Part shown: positions 1 to 10,889 of the stretch, piece after piece
How positions within the stretch are numbered: the first letter of the stretch is position 1
How the letters are laid out: each line of letters opens with the position of its first letter
NCBI GenBank assembly: GCA_028706255.1
Contig: JAQWBS010000001.1
Coordinates: 344,563-408,562, forward strand
Direction of reading: 5' to 3'
Length of the DNA stretch: 64,000 nt
Source: Alphaproteobacteria bacterium
Lineage (GTDB): Bacteria > Pseudomonadota > Alphaproteobacteria > RF32 > CAG-239
Program-made: the position numbers and the translations under genes
The notes under the pieces: model-generated
Told to the model about the DNA's origin: nothing
The model's database searches: none
The model's input: only the letters and a program-made list of their open reading frames with translations

Positions 1-237
1 AAATTTTTCCTTCATCTTCATAAACACGAAATTCTAAAAATTTTTCCGTTGTGAAAAGTTTAATTTCTCCATGAGCAACAGGACGCCAAACAAAATATGG
101 GGCAGAGATCGCATTTTTACCGCCATAAAAAGAAGTTGATTTGTCATGTTTTTTTGAAATCACCAGTAACGACATTTCATTTCCTGAACCGATAATCATA
201 TACGGTTTGTCAGGTGAGAATTTTAATTCTTTCATAA
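1..237 (-). CDS. Hypothetical protein, partial (C-terminal part runs off the window start)
   Basis: The reverse-strand ORF starts at ATG 237-235 (MKELKFSPDKPYMIIGSGNEM...) and is open to position 1. Its coding-like codon usage matches its neighbours. I do not recognise a family. Confidence 0.4.
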
Positions 238-315
238 TGATAAATTTATAATTTAAGAAAAATAGATTAATTAACAATCTTTTATCTTAATTTTAAAAAT
301 AAATCAATACATCTT

Positions 316-1551
316 TTAGGCGATTTCTTTAGCAGCATCTGCTGCTTTCGTGATGAGCTCAGCTTTAGAAAGGGTAAATTCGCTTTCAATCCACAATGTT
401 TCAAGATAGCTCAAAACTAGACCAACTTGCTGATTTTTTATGCCAAACTCAAGAATATCTTTGCCACTAATTTCAAATTTTGGCACCTTAATTTCATTAA
501 TGCTTTCAATGATTTTTTCAACATTATCCAATTTGATTCGGTTTTTAACACAAAGGATAATCAGCTTATCAACACAAAATTCATTGCCATATTTATAAAT
601 GATTTTATGAAGGGAGCTTTTTGCTTCATAGTCTTTGAGGCTTATGTTGTCTTCATCAAGTGCAAGATAATATGCTTTTCCTTTATTGCTAAATTTAAGT
701 GCATTTAGGTAAAAAGCTGTCTTTTTTCGTTCTGTTGTGTGCAAAAGCATAAAAAGTCTACGAATGCCCGCTTTGCCAATTTTTGAATCGTCAAACCAAT
801 TTACAAGAAATTCTAAGTCATCAAGATTTTGTGGAGAAGGCATGATGTGAGAAAAAATGTCATTTTCCTGAATGATTCTAATTGTTTTGACAACATTTTT
901 AGTGAGCAAAATTTTCTTCATTTCATCTTTAAGCTTCTCAATTGAAATTGTCTTTAGCCCTTCTTTGTTCTCAATACAAGCTTGTAGAGATTTTGCATCT
1001 GGCTCACCTTTGCCAAAGTCTGAATAAAACCTGAAAAAGCGTAAAATTCGGATATAGTCTTCTTTAATGCGATGGTTTGGATTTCCAATGAAACGGATAA
1101 TGCCTTTTTCAAGGTCACTAATGCCATTATAATAATCAAAAACATTTCCCTTGTCGTCTGCATAAACAGCATTAATTGTGAGATCACGAGAGGAAGCATC
1201 AACACTCCAATCTGTTGTGAATTGGATAATATTCTGTTTTCCCTCGTTGACAACTTTATGCAAAGAAGTGACTTCGATGATATTTTCGTTAATCACAACG
1301 CCAATTGCATCAGTTCTAATCCCAAGGGCAACAGTTTTTAAGGCTCTATCTTCACAAGCTTCAACAAGTTCATCTGGCGAGAGGTCTGTGGCAAGGTTAA
1401 TATCTGAAGAATCAATGTCCATAATTGCATCACGCACGCAACCACCGACAAATCTTAGAACGCCACCATAATCTTCAACCGCACGAAAAAGGCGCAGAAT
1501 TTTCTTATCTTTGATAATTTTTGAAATGTCCAAATAATTGTCTCTTATCAT
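316..1551 (-). CDS. cca: tRNA nucleotidyltransferase / poly(A) polymerase family (CCA-adding enzyme)
   Basis: 411 aa. The N-terminus has a pol-beta-like head with GG.VRD and D.D motifs (FVGGCVRDAIMDIDSSDINLATD). The overall length fits alphaproteobacterial CCA enzymes. Confidence 0.8.
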   Translation of the reverse strand: MIRDNYLDISKIIKDKKILRLFRAVEDYGGVLRFVGGCVRDAIMDIDSSDINLATDLSPDELVEACEDRALKTVALGIRTDAIGVVINENIIEVTSLHKVVNEGKQNIIQFTTDWSVDASSRDLTINAVYADDKGNVFDYYNGISDLEKGIIRFIGNPNHRIKEDYIRILRFFRFYSDFGKGEPDAKSLQACIENKEGLKTISIEKLKDEMKKILLTKNVVKTIRIIQENDIFSHIMPSPQNLDDLEFLVNWFDDSKIGKAGIRRLFMLLHTTERKKTAFYLNALKFSNKGKAYYLALDEDNISLKDYEAKSSLHKIIYKYGNEFCVDKLIILCVKNRIKLDNVEKIIESINEIKVPKFEISGKDILEFGIKNQQVGLVLSYLETLWIESEFTLSKAELITKAADAAKEIA

Positions 1552-1651
1552 TTCTCGCTCACAATTTTATAAAACTTCACATAAATTAACATTTTTTATA
1601 GATTTTTCAAATATAATCAGCCGTAAGTTAACTTTTTGTGAGTATTTAAAG

Positions 1652-2158
1652 ATGAATAAATTTAGTTTCTTTGCTTTTTTGGCTGTTTTAATGGGGTTTA
1701 GTGTTGCGCAAGCGGCAACGCCTTCAATGATTGGAGAATATGGCGACTGGGTAGCATATGCTTATAAAGACGCCTCAGGACAAGTTTGTTATATGGCATC
1801 AACCCCTAAGAAAGACGAGGGGAAATATACAAAACGTGGAGATATCTATGTTGTTGTGACACATCGCCCTAAGGAAAAAGTTTATGATGTTGTTAATTTT
1901 GTTGCAGGATACACCTTCAAATCAGGTGAAAAAGTGACCGTCAAAATCGGCACAAAAACCATTGACAAATTGTTCACAGAAGGCGATAAAGCTTGGGCAA
2001 TTAATGAAACAGTTGATAAAGAGCTTGTTACGGCAATGAAAAGAGGCGATAGAATGTTCATCAGTGGAACATCTGCTAAGGGAACAGTCACAAAAGACAC
2101 TTATTCTCTCTCTGGTTTCATGTCTGCATACAAAGCCATCAGCACAAAGTGTAAGTAG
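1652..2158 (+). CDS. ialB: Invasion-associated locus B (IalB) family periplasmic protein
   Basis: The internal start MNKFSFFAFLAVLMGFSVAQA has a signal peptide and is preceded by an RBS. Its ~170-aa size and the GDW...C pattern are typical of the IalB family in Rhizobiales. The tracked ORF start at 1538 is likely too early. Confidence 0.6.
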   Translation: MNKFSFFAFLAVLMGFSVAQAATPSMIGEYGDWVAYAYKDASGQVCYMASTPKKDEGKYTKRGDIYVVVTHRPKEKVYDVVNFVAGYTFKSGEKVTVKIGTKTIDKLFTEGDKAWAINETVDKELVTAMKRGDRMFISGTSAKGTVTKDTYSLSGFMSAYKAISTKCK

Positions 2159-2167
2159 TATAATAAA

Positions 2168-3235
2168 ATGACGAAAATAGAATTAATAGGACTCAGTTTT
2201 GAGGAACTTTTAGGTGAACTCGAAAAATTTGGCGAGAAGAAATTTCGTGCCAAACAACTGTGGCAATGGCTCTATTTTCATGGGGTGACAGATTTTTCTA
2301 AGATGACAAGTTTTTCTAAAGACTTGCGTGAAAAATTGGAACAAAATTATAGTATTACACGTCCTAAAATTGTCACTGAACAAATTTCCAGTGATGGTAC
2401 AAGAAAATGGTTGTTGGAATTTGCTGACGGACAAAGAATTGAAACAGTTTACATTCCTGAAGAAGATCGTGGTGCAATTTGTGTTTCAACACAAGTTGGT
2501 TGCGGGGTTGGATGCAAGTTTTGTCACACAGGAAGCCAAAGAATTACCCGCAATTTAACTGCAGGTGAAATCGTTAGTCAATTTATGGTGGCAAGAGATG
2601 TTTATGGAGAATGGCCAAGCCCATCAAATGGAACACCACGAAAGCTCTCTAATGTTGTGGTGATGGGTATGGGCGAACCTTTGCATAATACCGAAAACAC
2701 AATTAAAGCATTGAACATTTTAACTGACGGCGAAGGCATAGCCTTGTCAAAAAGAAGAATTACCCTTTCAACTTCTGGCATTGCTCCGAAAATGTTGCAA
2801 ATTGCTCAAGAAACAGGCGTTAAACTAGCCGTTAGTTTGCACGCACCAAACAATGAAAAAAGAACCTCTATTATGCCAATTAACAAGCAATATCCGCTTG
2901 AAGAGGTTTTGAAGGCTTGTCAGGAATATCAAAAAATTGTCACTTCACGCTATATTACTTTTGAATATTTAATGCTAAAAGATATTAATGATTCGCTTGA
3001 TGATGCAAGAGAACTTGTTGCGTTGATGAAAAAATATAAACTTGGCGCTAAGTTTAATTTAATTGCTTTCAATCCTTGGCCTGGTTGCGGGTTTGAACCA
3101 AGCTCCAATAATCGAATTAGAGCTTTTTCTCAAGAATTAGAAAGAGGTGGTTTTGTTGCACCAGTGAGGGTTGCCAGAGGACAAGATATTTTGGCTGCTT
3201 GTGGTCAATTAAAATCTAAAAAAGAGCAAAATTAA
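2168..3235 (+). CDS. rlmN: 23S rRNA/tRNA m2A methyltransferase RlmN (radical SAM)
   Basis: It carries the radical-SAM motif CGVGCKFCHTG, the MGMGEPL motif and a C-terminal Cys in ILAACGQL. Confidence 0.9.
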   Translation: MTKIELIGLSFEELLGELEKFGEKKFRAKQLWQWLYFHGVTDFSKMTSFSKDLREKLEQNYSITRPKIVTEQISSDGTRKWLLEFADGQRIETVYIPEEDRGAICVSTQVGCGVGCKFCHTGSQRITRNLTAGEIVSQFMVARDVYGEWPSPSNGTPRKLSNVVVMGMGEPLHNTENTIKALNILTDGEGIALSKRRITLSTSGIAPKMLQIAQETGVKLAVSLHAPNNEKRTSIMPINKQYPLEEVLKACQEYQKIVTSRYITFEYLMLKDINDSLDDARELVALMKKYKLGAKFNLIAFNPWPGCGFEPSSNNRIRAFSQELERGGFVAPVRVARGQDILAACGQLKSKKEQN

Positions 3236-3708
3236 GCTTTAAACTTTTCAATGAGAGGCGTGAAAAAGGAAAGCCCTTTTTCATAAACTTCCCTTTTAAA
3301 AGGAACAATATGGCTTATGGCAAATTCAGCATCTGCCCATTTCCATTGATAAAATTCTGGAATTTTTGTGTGAATATTAATTTCTGAATCTTCACCGTTA
3401 AAAAAAGCTAAAACCCAATGTTGGTCTTGCCCATGAAATGAATCCTTAAATCTTTCAACAACATCTTGAGGAAAATCATAGCGAAAAGGCGCTTCATTTG
3501 CCTGAACAATTTTGATGTTTTTCAAAGAAGTTTCTTCAAAAATCTCTCTTTTGGCTGCTTCAACAACCGTTTCACCTTTATCGATTCCACCCTGAGGAAA
3601 TTGCCAAGCCAACGTTTCTCCGTGTGAGTCTAGTCTTTCACAAACGAGAAGTTTTTTGTCTTGATTGAAAACAACAATACAGACATTTTTACGATATTTT
3701 TTTGACAT
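3232..3708 (-). CDS. rppH: NUDIX hydrolase, RNA pyrophosphohydrolase RppH-like
   Basis: The NUDIX box GGIDKGETVVEAAKREIFEETS is present. The 158-aa size and the position downstream of a YibQ-like gene follow the usual Rhizobiales order. Confidence 0.8.
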   Translation of the reverse strand: MSKKYRKNVCIVVFNQDKKLLVCERLDSHGETLAWQFPQGGIDKGETVVEAAKREIFEETSLKNIKIVQANEAPFRYDFPQDVVERFKDSFHGQDQHWVLAFFNGEDSEINIHTKIPEFYQWKWADAEFAISHIVPFKREVYEKGLSFFTPLIEKFKA

Positions 3709-3711
3709 GAT

Positions 3712-4851
3712 TTACTCCACAACAAGGGTTGAAATTGGAACAAGAACAAAAGGTTTTTTCACTTGTTTACCCGCTCTGATTTCATCATAACTAAGAGAAG
3801 GAGAAAAACTATCAGTCCATTTTTGCAATTCAATAACGTTCACAGGCTTTGGCGCAAGCATCATCACAACTTGTCCTCTTTCTCGAGCAATGATTTCTGC
3901 TCTGGCAAAAGTTTGTTCCAACGCTTCTTTAGGGAGCGCATCATCAATAACAATATCAACTTTTGTTCGAGGCAAGTTTTGTATCTTAACACCACGAATT
4001 AAATCGCCTTTAGTTGCATCAATAAAAAGTAAGCCTTTATCTTTAACGAGAGAAAGAATATCCTTAATTGCTTTGCGATCTTCATAGTTTGCCTGTCCAA
4101 GCAAGACAACGCCACCAATGGGAGCTTTTTGAGCTTCAATTTCATCAAGCATTTTAAGATTGTTTTCTGGGGTGTCATCTAGTTTTATCGCAAGAGGGCC
4201 ACTATCTTGCTCTGTGAAATTCTGAGAAGGCAAAATGAGGTCTAAATAAGTTTCATTTCCGTGTCTGCGAGCCGACTTAATATCTTCAACCAAATCTCTG
4301 GCATAAGGTGAAAAAGAAAGCGAAACATTGCCATCAACTGACTCAATAATCTTATCGGAGTTTTTTTCGTGAATCCCCATTCTGTCGATGATAATTGCCA
4401 CTTTGAAAAATTTTTGAGGCACATCAACAGTTTTTGAATAAGTTATCCATTTGCGAGAATTTTGTTCAATCATTGACATGTTTTCTTGAGTAATTTCAAC
4501 AATATCAAGCGGTTGAAGATTGTTTGAAATAACTAGTTTTTCAATTTTAGGAATTTCAACAGCCAAATCATTTGGGTCAGTAATTTTAACTTTTTCATCT
4601 TGAAGTTTAATAATTTGTTGTTTTTTTAGTTGTGCTTGCTCGCTAACCTGTTTTGATTGAACCGTGTCCGGCATGATAATCATATATCTTGGAGAAAGAT
4701 TCTCCTTATTGTAGAGGATATAGTCAATTTTATTTAGAAATTCAGGCTTGGTTTTGATTTCAGCAAAGACATATGCCACGCTTGCCAAAATGGCAATGGT
4801 TAAAAACCAAATAAGAATTACAAATATTTTTTGTCGGAGAAAGTCTATCAA
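3712..4851 (-). CDS. Divergent polysaccharide deacetylase (YibQ-like) family protein
   Basis: It has an N-terminal TM and a periplasmic domain. It sits in the conserved alphaproteobacterial order envC-ctpA-yibQ-rppH. I recognise the family only weakly. Confidence 0.55.
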   Translation of the reverse strand: MIDFLRQKIFVILIWFLTIAILASVAYVFAEIKTKPEFLNKIDYILYNKENLSPRYMIIMPDTVQSKQVSEQAQLKKQQIIKLQDEKVKITDPNDLAVEIPKIEKLVISNNLQPLDIVEITQENMSMIEQNSRKWITYSKTVDVPQKFFKVAIIIDRMGIHEKNSDKIIESVDGNVSLSFSPYARDLVEDIKSARRHGNETYLDLILPSQNFTEQDSGPLAIKLDDTPENNLKMLDEIEAQKAPIGGVVLLGQANYEDRKAIKDILSLVKDKGLLFIDATKGDLIRGVKIQNLPRTKVDIVIDDALPKEALEQTFARAEIIARERGQVVMMLAPKPVNVIELQKWTDSFSPSLSYDEIRAGKQVKKPFVLVPISTLVVE

Positions 4852-4863
4852 AAGCCTATCCTT

Positions 4864-6174
4864 CTAATTGTCATATTTTCCATAAATTCCTAAAGCCTTA
4901 ACAAGGTCAACAGCTCTTGAAAGTTGATAGTCTTTTGCCAATCTTTCATTCACTTCTTTCTTGTTATCTTTTGCCTCTTTTTTGCTGTTTTTTTCGTCGT
5001 TATTTTCATTTTTCAAAGCATTTCTGAGTTCTGCTTCACTGAAAGAATAACCACTATCAATCACTTCAACCTTAGCTGGTTTAACTTCAACATCTGGTTC
5101 GATTCCTTTTGCTTGAATTGAACGTCCTGAAGGGGTGTAATAACGAGCGGTGGTAATTCTCATCGCAATTTTCTTGCCCAAAGGAACAACAGTTTGAACA
5201 GAGCCTTTTCCGAAAGATTTTTCACCTAAAAGAACTGCACGCTTATGGTCTTGTAAAGCACCTGCAACAATTTCTGAAGCAGAAGCAGAACCATCATTAA
5301 TCACTACAACAATTGGCAACCCTTTGGCAATATCTCCTTCTTTAGCGCTAAATTTGATTGTGTCTTCTTCATTACGAGAACGAGTTGAAACAATTTCCCC
5401 TTTATCTAAGAACAAATCTGAAATGCTCACCGCTTGGTCTAAAAGTCCACCAGGGTTGTTACGAACATCAAGAATGATTCCCTTCGCATTGTTTTTCAAT
5501 TTTTTCTGGTTTTCTTTGATATATTTTTCCACCATTTTATCTGTGTCTTCATTGAAAGATGAAATACGGACATAAATGACATCATCAGCCAAAATTTCGC
5601 TTTTAACAGATTGAATTTTAATTTCGTCACGTTTAAGGGTTACATCAAAAGGTTTTTCAGCCCCTCTTCTGATGGTGAGTTTAACTTTCGTCCCAATTTT
5701 GCCACGCATTTTTTCAACAGCATCATTAAGTGTTAAACCAATAACTGTTTCATTATCAATATTTGTGATATAGTCCCCTGGTTTAAGTCCTGCTTTGAAA
5801 GCGGGAGTATCATCAATTGGCGTAACCACTTTAACAACGCCATTTTCCATCGTAACTTCAATGCCTAAGCCCCCAAATTTGCCTTTGGTTTGTTCACTCA
5901 TATATTGAAAACTCTTCTCATCTAAAAAGCTAGAGTGAGGGTCAAGCGATGTAAGCATACCATTAATAGCAGCTTCAATCAATTTTTGATCAGAAACTTC
6001 TTCCACATAAGTCATTTTTGTGCGCTCTAAAACCTCACCAAACAGATTAAGCAACTCATAAGTATCAGCTTCCTGAGTTTCAACTTTTTTCTCGTTTTTT
6101 TCTTTTGCCGCCCAAACATTTTGAGGTGCAACAACAGCAAGACAAATCATCAATATAGAGAGTTTTTTAAGCAT
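4864..6174 (-). CDS. ctpA: C-terminal processing peptidase (S41, CtpA/Prc family)
   Basis: It has a signal peptide, a PDZ region (GLKPGDYITNIDNE), an S41 catalytic region (GASASASEIVAGALQD, KSFGKGSVQ) and a charged C-terminal tail. Confidence 0.85.
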   Translation of the reverse strand: MLKKLSILMICLAVVAPQNVWAAKEKNEKKVETQEADTYELLNLFGEVLERTKMTYVEEVSDQKLIEAAINGMLTSLDPHSSFLDEKSFQYMSEQTKGKFGGLGIEVTMENGVVKVVTPIDDTPAFKAGLKPGDYITNIDNETVIGLTLNDAVEKMRGKIGTKVKLTIRRGAEKPFDVTLKRDEIKIQSVKSEILADDVIYVRISSFNEDTDKMVEKYIKENQKKLKNNAKGIILDVRNNPGGLLDQAVSISDLFLDKGEIVSTRSRNEEDTIKFSAKEGDIAKGLPIVVVINDGSASASEIVAGALQDHKRAVLLGEKSFGKGSVQTVVPLGKKIAMRITTARYYTPSGRSIQAKGIEPDVEVKPAKVEVIDSGYSFSEAELRNALKNENNDEKNSKKEAKDNKKEVNERLAKDYQLSRAVDLVKALGIYGKYDN

Positions 6175-6194
6175 AATATTTCTTCCAATTAAAA

Positions 6195-7388
6195 TTATTT
6201 TTTAAACCAAGTTGTTGGGTTAATGTTTTTGTTTTCTTGTCTAAATTCGACATAGAGTTTAGCATCTCCATTTTCTGGCATTTGTCCGATAGGTTCACCA
6301 GCAAGAAGTAATTGTCCGACTTCACAGTCAATTGTTCCAAGTCCGGCAAGCAAGGTCAAATAACCATCGCCATGTTCAATAATAATAAGATTTCCGTAAC
6401 CTCTAAAAGGTCCTGCAAAAGCAACAACACCATCAAAAATAGCTGTCACTTGGGCAGAATTTCTAGTTCTCAAGGAAATTCCCTTTGAAGTCACGCCTCT
6501 GGCTGTTTCTTGTCCATATGAGGTGACAATTGTGCCACGAGCAGGCATTTCAAGTTTACCCTTTGCTCGAGCAAATGCTTTTCCTGTTTCTTTTATACCC
6601 TCAGGCTGTGTTTTTTTCAAGTCAGTTTTTTGAGCTCTCTGCTTTCTTTCTTGAGCAAGTTTAACCTGTCTTTGAGCTTCAAGCTTGTTCAATAAATCTC
6701 TTAAGTCTTTAGCCTGAGAAGCAAGCGTGTCCATCTTCTTTTTAGTTTGCACGCTTTTTGCTTCAACCACATTTTTCATTTGCGATTTTTTCTTTGCCAA
6801 AACTTTGAGCTTAACTTGGTCTTTTTCCAGTTTTTTATTCTGTCCATTAATGCGTGTCACTTGCGTTTCAACCAATTTTCTTTTGGTCTCAATTCGCTCC
6901 AAGTCTTGTTTGATACGGCTTGCATTTTGTTCTAAAGTCGGAATAGTCTCTCTTAGAAGCATTGCACTACGGATAATCTCAACAGGGGTTAGTGGTTGAA
7001 CTAGAAGCGATTCCGTCGGTTTAAGCGCTAAGTTCTGCAAGGCAGAGATAGACTTAATTAATCTTTCATCTTGCACAAGGAAGTTTTCTTGCGCAAGTTG
7101 GAGGCCTTCAGAAAGCTTTTCAAGTTCAATTTCCATTTTAGAAACTTTATCTTCCTGATTTTGAATGAGCTTTGCTCTTTTAATCATCTCTCGATTGATG
7201 CTATTAATTTCTTGATTAATTTTCTTAGATTGAGCCTGAAGCTTTTGGTGTTCGATAGATTGCTCTTTAATTCTTTTTTCTACAATTTCTAAGTCTTTAT
7301 TAGAAACTTCAGCAAAAACATCACCAAGCATGAGAAAAAATGTTCCCATGCTCAATAATGCAAAAATCTTAAAGTTTACAATCTTCAT
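6195..7388 (-). CDS. Murein hydrolase activator EnvC-like (coiled coil + LytM/M23 domain)
   Basis: It has a signal peptide, a long Q/K/E-rich coiled coil and a C-terminal M23 domain (GISL...IIIEHGDGYLTLLAG). Confidence 0.8.
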   Translation of the reverse strand: MKIVNFKIFALLSMGTFFLMLGDVFAEVSNKDLEIVEKRIKEQSIEHQKLQAQSKKINQEINSINREMIKRAKLIQNQEDKVSKMEIELEKLSEGLQLAQENFLVQDERLIKSISALQNLALKPTESLLVQPLTPVEIIRSAMLLRETIPTLEQNASRIKQDLERIETKRKLVETQVTRINGQNKKLEKDQVKLKVLAKKKSQMKNVVEAKSVQTKKKMDTLASQAKDLRDLLNKLEAQRQVKLAQERKQRAQKTDLKKTQPEGIKETGKAFARAKGKLEMPARGTIVTSYGQETARGVTSKGISLRTRNSAQVTAIFDGVVAFAGPFRGYGNLIIIEHGDGYLTLLAGLGTIDCEVGQLLLAGEPIGQMPENGDAKLYVEFRQENKNINPTTWFKK

Positions 7389-7393
7389 TTCAC

Positions 7394-8926
7394 CTACTTA
7401 ACAATTAAAGAATTACCAGTCATTTCAACAGGTTGCTCAAGTTTCAAAAGCTCCAACATAGTTGGTGCTAAATCTGCTAAACGACCATCTTTAAGCTTTT
7501 TAACACCAGATTTATTGTTGAATAAAACGGCTTGAACTTTGCCAATTGTGTGTGCCGTGTAAGGTTCACCTGTTTTTTCATCAATCATTTTTTCTGCATT
7601 TCCGTGGTCAGCAGTCACAATCATTTCTCCGCCAACTTTTTCAATTGCTTTGCAGACTTTTCCTAAGCAATCATCAACCGCTGCAACGGCTTTGAGTGCT
7701 GCATCCATAATGCCTGTGTGTCCAACCATATCTCCATTAGCAAAGTTGCAAATGATGGTATCAAACTTTTGGCTCTCGATTGCTTGAATGAGGTTTTCTG
7801 TCACTTCATAAACAGACATTTCTGGTTTAAGGTCATAAGTCGCCACTTTTGGAGAAGGAATTAAAATTCTTTCTTCCCCTTCATAAACTGCTTCTTCCCC
7901 GCCATTAAAAAAGAAAGTAACGTGAGCATATTTTTCTGTTTCGGCAATACGAAGTTGCTTCAATCCTTTTTCAGCAATCACTTCACCATAAATTTTGCTC
8001 AAAGTTTGTGGTTTAAAAATAACTTTCAAGAAACGGTTATGGTCAACGGAATATTCCGTCATGCCAACAGCTTCAGAAAGGTTAAAGAATTTTTTACGAG
8101 CAAATCCATCAAAATCTTTATCCGCTAAGGCATAAGTAATTTCTCTAGCACGGTCGGAACGATAGTTTGCCATCACAACAGCATCGCCATCTTCAAACCC
8201 TTTATAATCTGCAATGATGCAAGGAACAATAAATTCATCATTTACACCGTCTTTGTAAGAGGCTTCAACAGCTTCTTGAACAGAAGCAAAGTTTTTGCCT
8301 TCTGCTAAAGCAATTGCATTAAAAGCTTGCTCAACTCTATCCCAACGCTTATCTCTGTCCATGGCATAAAAACGACCGGAGAGGGTGGCAATTTTAATAT
8401 TTCTCAAAGAGCTTATTGTTTTTTCAAATTCTGCAATAAAGCCTTTTCCTGAAGTTGGCGGTGTGTCACGTCCGTCTGTGATGATATGAACATAAGTTTT
8501 CACGCCATTTTTATCCAAAATCTTGCAAAGTCCTGCAATGTGGTCTTGTTGAGAGTGAACGCCACCTGAAGACATCAATCCCATCACATGGCAAGCTTTT
8601 CCATTTGCTTTAAGCTTAGAAATGAGTTCAAGAACAACGGGGTTTTTCTCAACGTCGCCTTTTTTGAAAGCTTCGTCAATGCGAGGAAGGTCTTGCATCA
8701 CCACACGTCCTGCACCAATATTCATATGACCCACTTCGGAATTGCCCATTTGTCCATGAGGAAGCCCAACATCTAAACCTGAAGTTTCAACCAAACAATT
8801 TGGACAATTTGCCAAAAGATTGTGCCAATTTGGCGTATTTCCAGTTTCAATGGCATTATCTTGCGTTTTTTCTTCACGATAGCCCCAGCCATCTAAAATG
8901 AGTAACATAACAGGTTTTTGCGACAT
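7394..8926 (-). CDS. gpmI: 2,3-bisphosphoglycerate-independent phosphoglycerate mutase
   Basis: The N-terminus MLLILDGWGYRE, the GNSEVGHMN(I)GAGR motif and the 510-aa length match iPGM. Confidence 0.9.
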   Translation of the reverse strand: MSQKPVMLLILDGWGYREEKTQDNAIETGNTPNWHNLLANCPNCLVETSGLDVGLPHGQMGNSEVGHMNIGAGRVVMQDLPRIDEAFKKGDVEKNPVVLELISKLKANGKACHVMGLMSSGGVHSQQDHIAGLCKILDKNGVKTYVHIITDGRDTPPTSGKGFIAEFEKTISSLRNIKIATLSGRFYAMDRDKRWDRVEQAFNAIALAEGKNFASVQEAVEASYKDGVNDEFIVPCIIADYKGFEDGDAVVMANYRSDRAREITYALADKDFDGFARKKFFNLSEAVGMTEYSVDHNRFLKVIFKPQTLSKIYGEVIAEKGLKQLRIAETEKYAHVTFFFNGGEEAVYEGEERILIPSPKVATYDLKPEMSVYEVTENLIQAIESQKFDTIICNFANGDMVGHTGIMDAALKAVAAVDDCLGKVCKAIEKVGGEMIVTADHGNAEKMIDEKTGEPYTAHTIGKVQAVLFNNKSGVKKLKDGRLADLAPTMLELLKLEQPVEMTGNSLIVK

Positions 8927-8999
8927 TTTTTCCTCTTTTCCCAGTGTCTTTGTTTTAAAATTTTTTTCATTATATATAATCAGCAGATTTTTGAAAGGA

Positions 9000-10826
9000 T
9001 TACTTGAGATTAATCATAACTTTTTTCCAAGTTTCCGCCGGCAAATTTCCACCAGCAATATTTTTCATTGGTGAGTTATTGTCATTTCCGAACCAAACAG
9101 CCGTAACATAATGCTCATCAAAGCCGATAAACCAAGCATCTCGATAGTTTTGAGAAGTTCCGGTTTTTCCTGCAGAAAATCTTTCCAGCTTTGCTCTTTT
9201 GCCTGTTCCGTTGCTCACAACATTCTCAAGCATTTTAACCATTTGTTGTGTTGGTTTCTCATCTAAAATGCGTTTTTTAGAGAGATATTTATTTTGATAA
9301 ATGCGGGAGCCGCCTTTGGTGTAAACTTCATTGATAACATAAGGCTTAACTTCATATCCGCCATTGGCGAGAACGGCATAAGCGGCAGTCATATCCATAA
9401 CCGTCACATCGGCAGCCCCCAAAGCAAGGGCAGGCGTGTTATTTAGGCGAGTGTTGATGCCCATTTTTTTTGCCGTTTTAAGAATGTTTCCAATGCCCAC
9501 TTTTTGACTTAAATTAACTGTTGCCAAGTTGAAAGATTGAGAAAAGGCATGGGTTAAGCTAACGGAACCATAGTGCTTTCCGCTAATATTTTCAGGCGTC
9601 CATTTGCCAATTTTAACTGGCTTATCTTCAATTTTATCGGTTGGTTTATAACCCTCTTTTAATGCGGTGAGATAAACAAATGTTTTGAAGGTTGAGCCTG
9701 CTTGTCTGCGTGCTTGTGTGGCACGATTAAATTGACTCTTATCATAGTTTGTTCCGCCCACGAGTGCTTTAACCGCTCCGAATTTATCCATAACCACAAT
9801 CGCCCCTTGTGTCACGTTGTTTGCTCTGTTTTCACGAATGGTTTCATCAAGAATTTGCTGTGTTTTTTCTTGTAAAGCCTGATTAAGGGTGGTCACAACT
9901 TTGATGTCTGCTTCTCTCTCGCCAATTTGAGCATTAATTTCGCCATATGCCCAATCTGCAAAATGTTTTGCGCCACTCATTTTATTCGTTTTTGCAGAGC
10001 CAATTGGCATTTTTTTGGCTTTTGCTCGTTCTTCTTGTGAGATAATTTTATTTTCCTGCATGGTTTTCAAAATAACATCAGCTCTTGCAAGAGCAAGTTT
10101 TTTATTGTTGATAGGATTATATTTTGAAGGGGCTTTGAGCATGCCAGCAATGATAGCCGCTTCATGAAGATTCAAGTTTTTCGCAGGTTTTGAAAAATAT
10201 TTTTGAGCTGCCGCTTCAATGCCATAAGTGTTAGAGCCTAAGTAAACACGATTGATGTAAAGCGTTAAAATTTGGTCTTTTGAAAACTTATGTTCAAGCC
10301 AAAAAGCCAACATCAATTCTTGAATTTTACGCTTAATATTTTTGTTAGAAGTTAGGAAAAGGTTTTTTGCCACTTGTTGAGAAATGGTGCTTCCGCCTTG
10401 TGCATATCTGCCAGCAAAAACATTGGTGAGCATGGCTCTTGCAAAAGAAATTGGGTCAAAGCCGAAATGTGAATAAAAGCGGTGGTCTTCGGTTGACACA
10501 ATGGCGTCAATCACATGAGGTTCAAGGTCGTAAAGCATGACAACATTTTGATAAATATTGCCATAAGTTTGAATTTCTTTACCGTTATCAGCGGTGAGAA
10601 TGGTCATCGGTTGGCGAGTGCGATGAATGGCACTATCAAGGTTCGGCATGGTCAAGAAGCAATAGCCCAACAATACTCCAAAAGTTACCCCCAAGCTAAG
10701 CAACAAAAACCACAAAAGCTTGCGATTCGCAAGTCTTTGTTTTGACTCTCTTTTTTTTGAACTTTTTCTTTTTTTTGTTGCTTTTTTTTGTTGCTTTTTT
10801 TTTGCCATAAAGATAGTCCTTGTCAC
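9000..10826 (-). CDS. mrcA: Penicillin-binding protein 1A family (transglycosylase + transpeptidase), short form
   Basis: It has a basic N-terminal tail and a TM. GT51 motifs are present (EDHRFYSHFGFD, RYAQGGSTISQQ), and so are the transpeptidase motifs STFK and KTGT. At 608 aa it is shorter than typical Rhizobiales PBP1A. Confidence 0.75.
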   Translation of the reverse strand: MTRTIFMAKKKQQKKATKKRKSSKKRESKQRLANRKLLWFLLLSLGVTFGVLLGYCFLTMPNLDSAIHRTRQPMTILTADNGKEIQTYGNIYQNVVMLYDLEPHVIDAIVSTEDHRFYSHFGFDPISFARAMLTNVFAGRYAQGGSTISQQVAKNLFLTSNKNIKRKIQELMLAFWLEHKFSKDQILTLYINRVYLGSNTYGIEAAAQKYFSKPAKNLNLHEAAIIAGMLKAPSKYNPINNKKLALARADVILKTMQENKIISQEERAKAKKMPIGSAKTNKMSGAKHFADWAYGEINAQIGEREADIKVVTTLNQALQEKTQQILDETIRENRANNVTQGAIVVMDKFGAVKALVGGTNYDKSQFNRATQARRQAGSTFKTFVYLTALKEGYKPTDKIEDKPVKIGKWTPENISGKHYGSVSLTHAFSQSFNLATVNLSQKVGIGNILKTAKKMGINTRLNNTPALALGAADVTVMDMTAAYAVLANGGYEVKPYVINEVYTKGGSRIYQNKYLSKKRILDEKPTQQMVKMLENVVSNGTGKRAKLERFSAGKTGTSQNYRDAWFIGFDEHYVTAVWFGNDNNSPMKNIAGGNLPAETWKKVMINLK

Positions 10827-10889
10827 GATTCGCTAAATGTTTTAAATTACTATCCATTGATGTATCATAAATAAGTTAAGGGATGATTG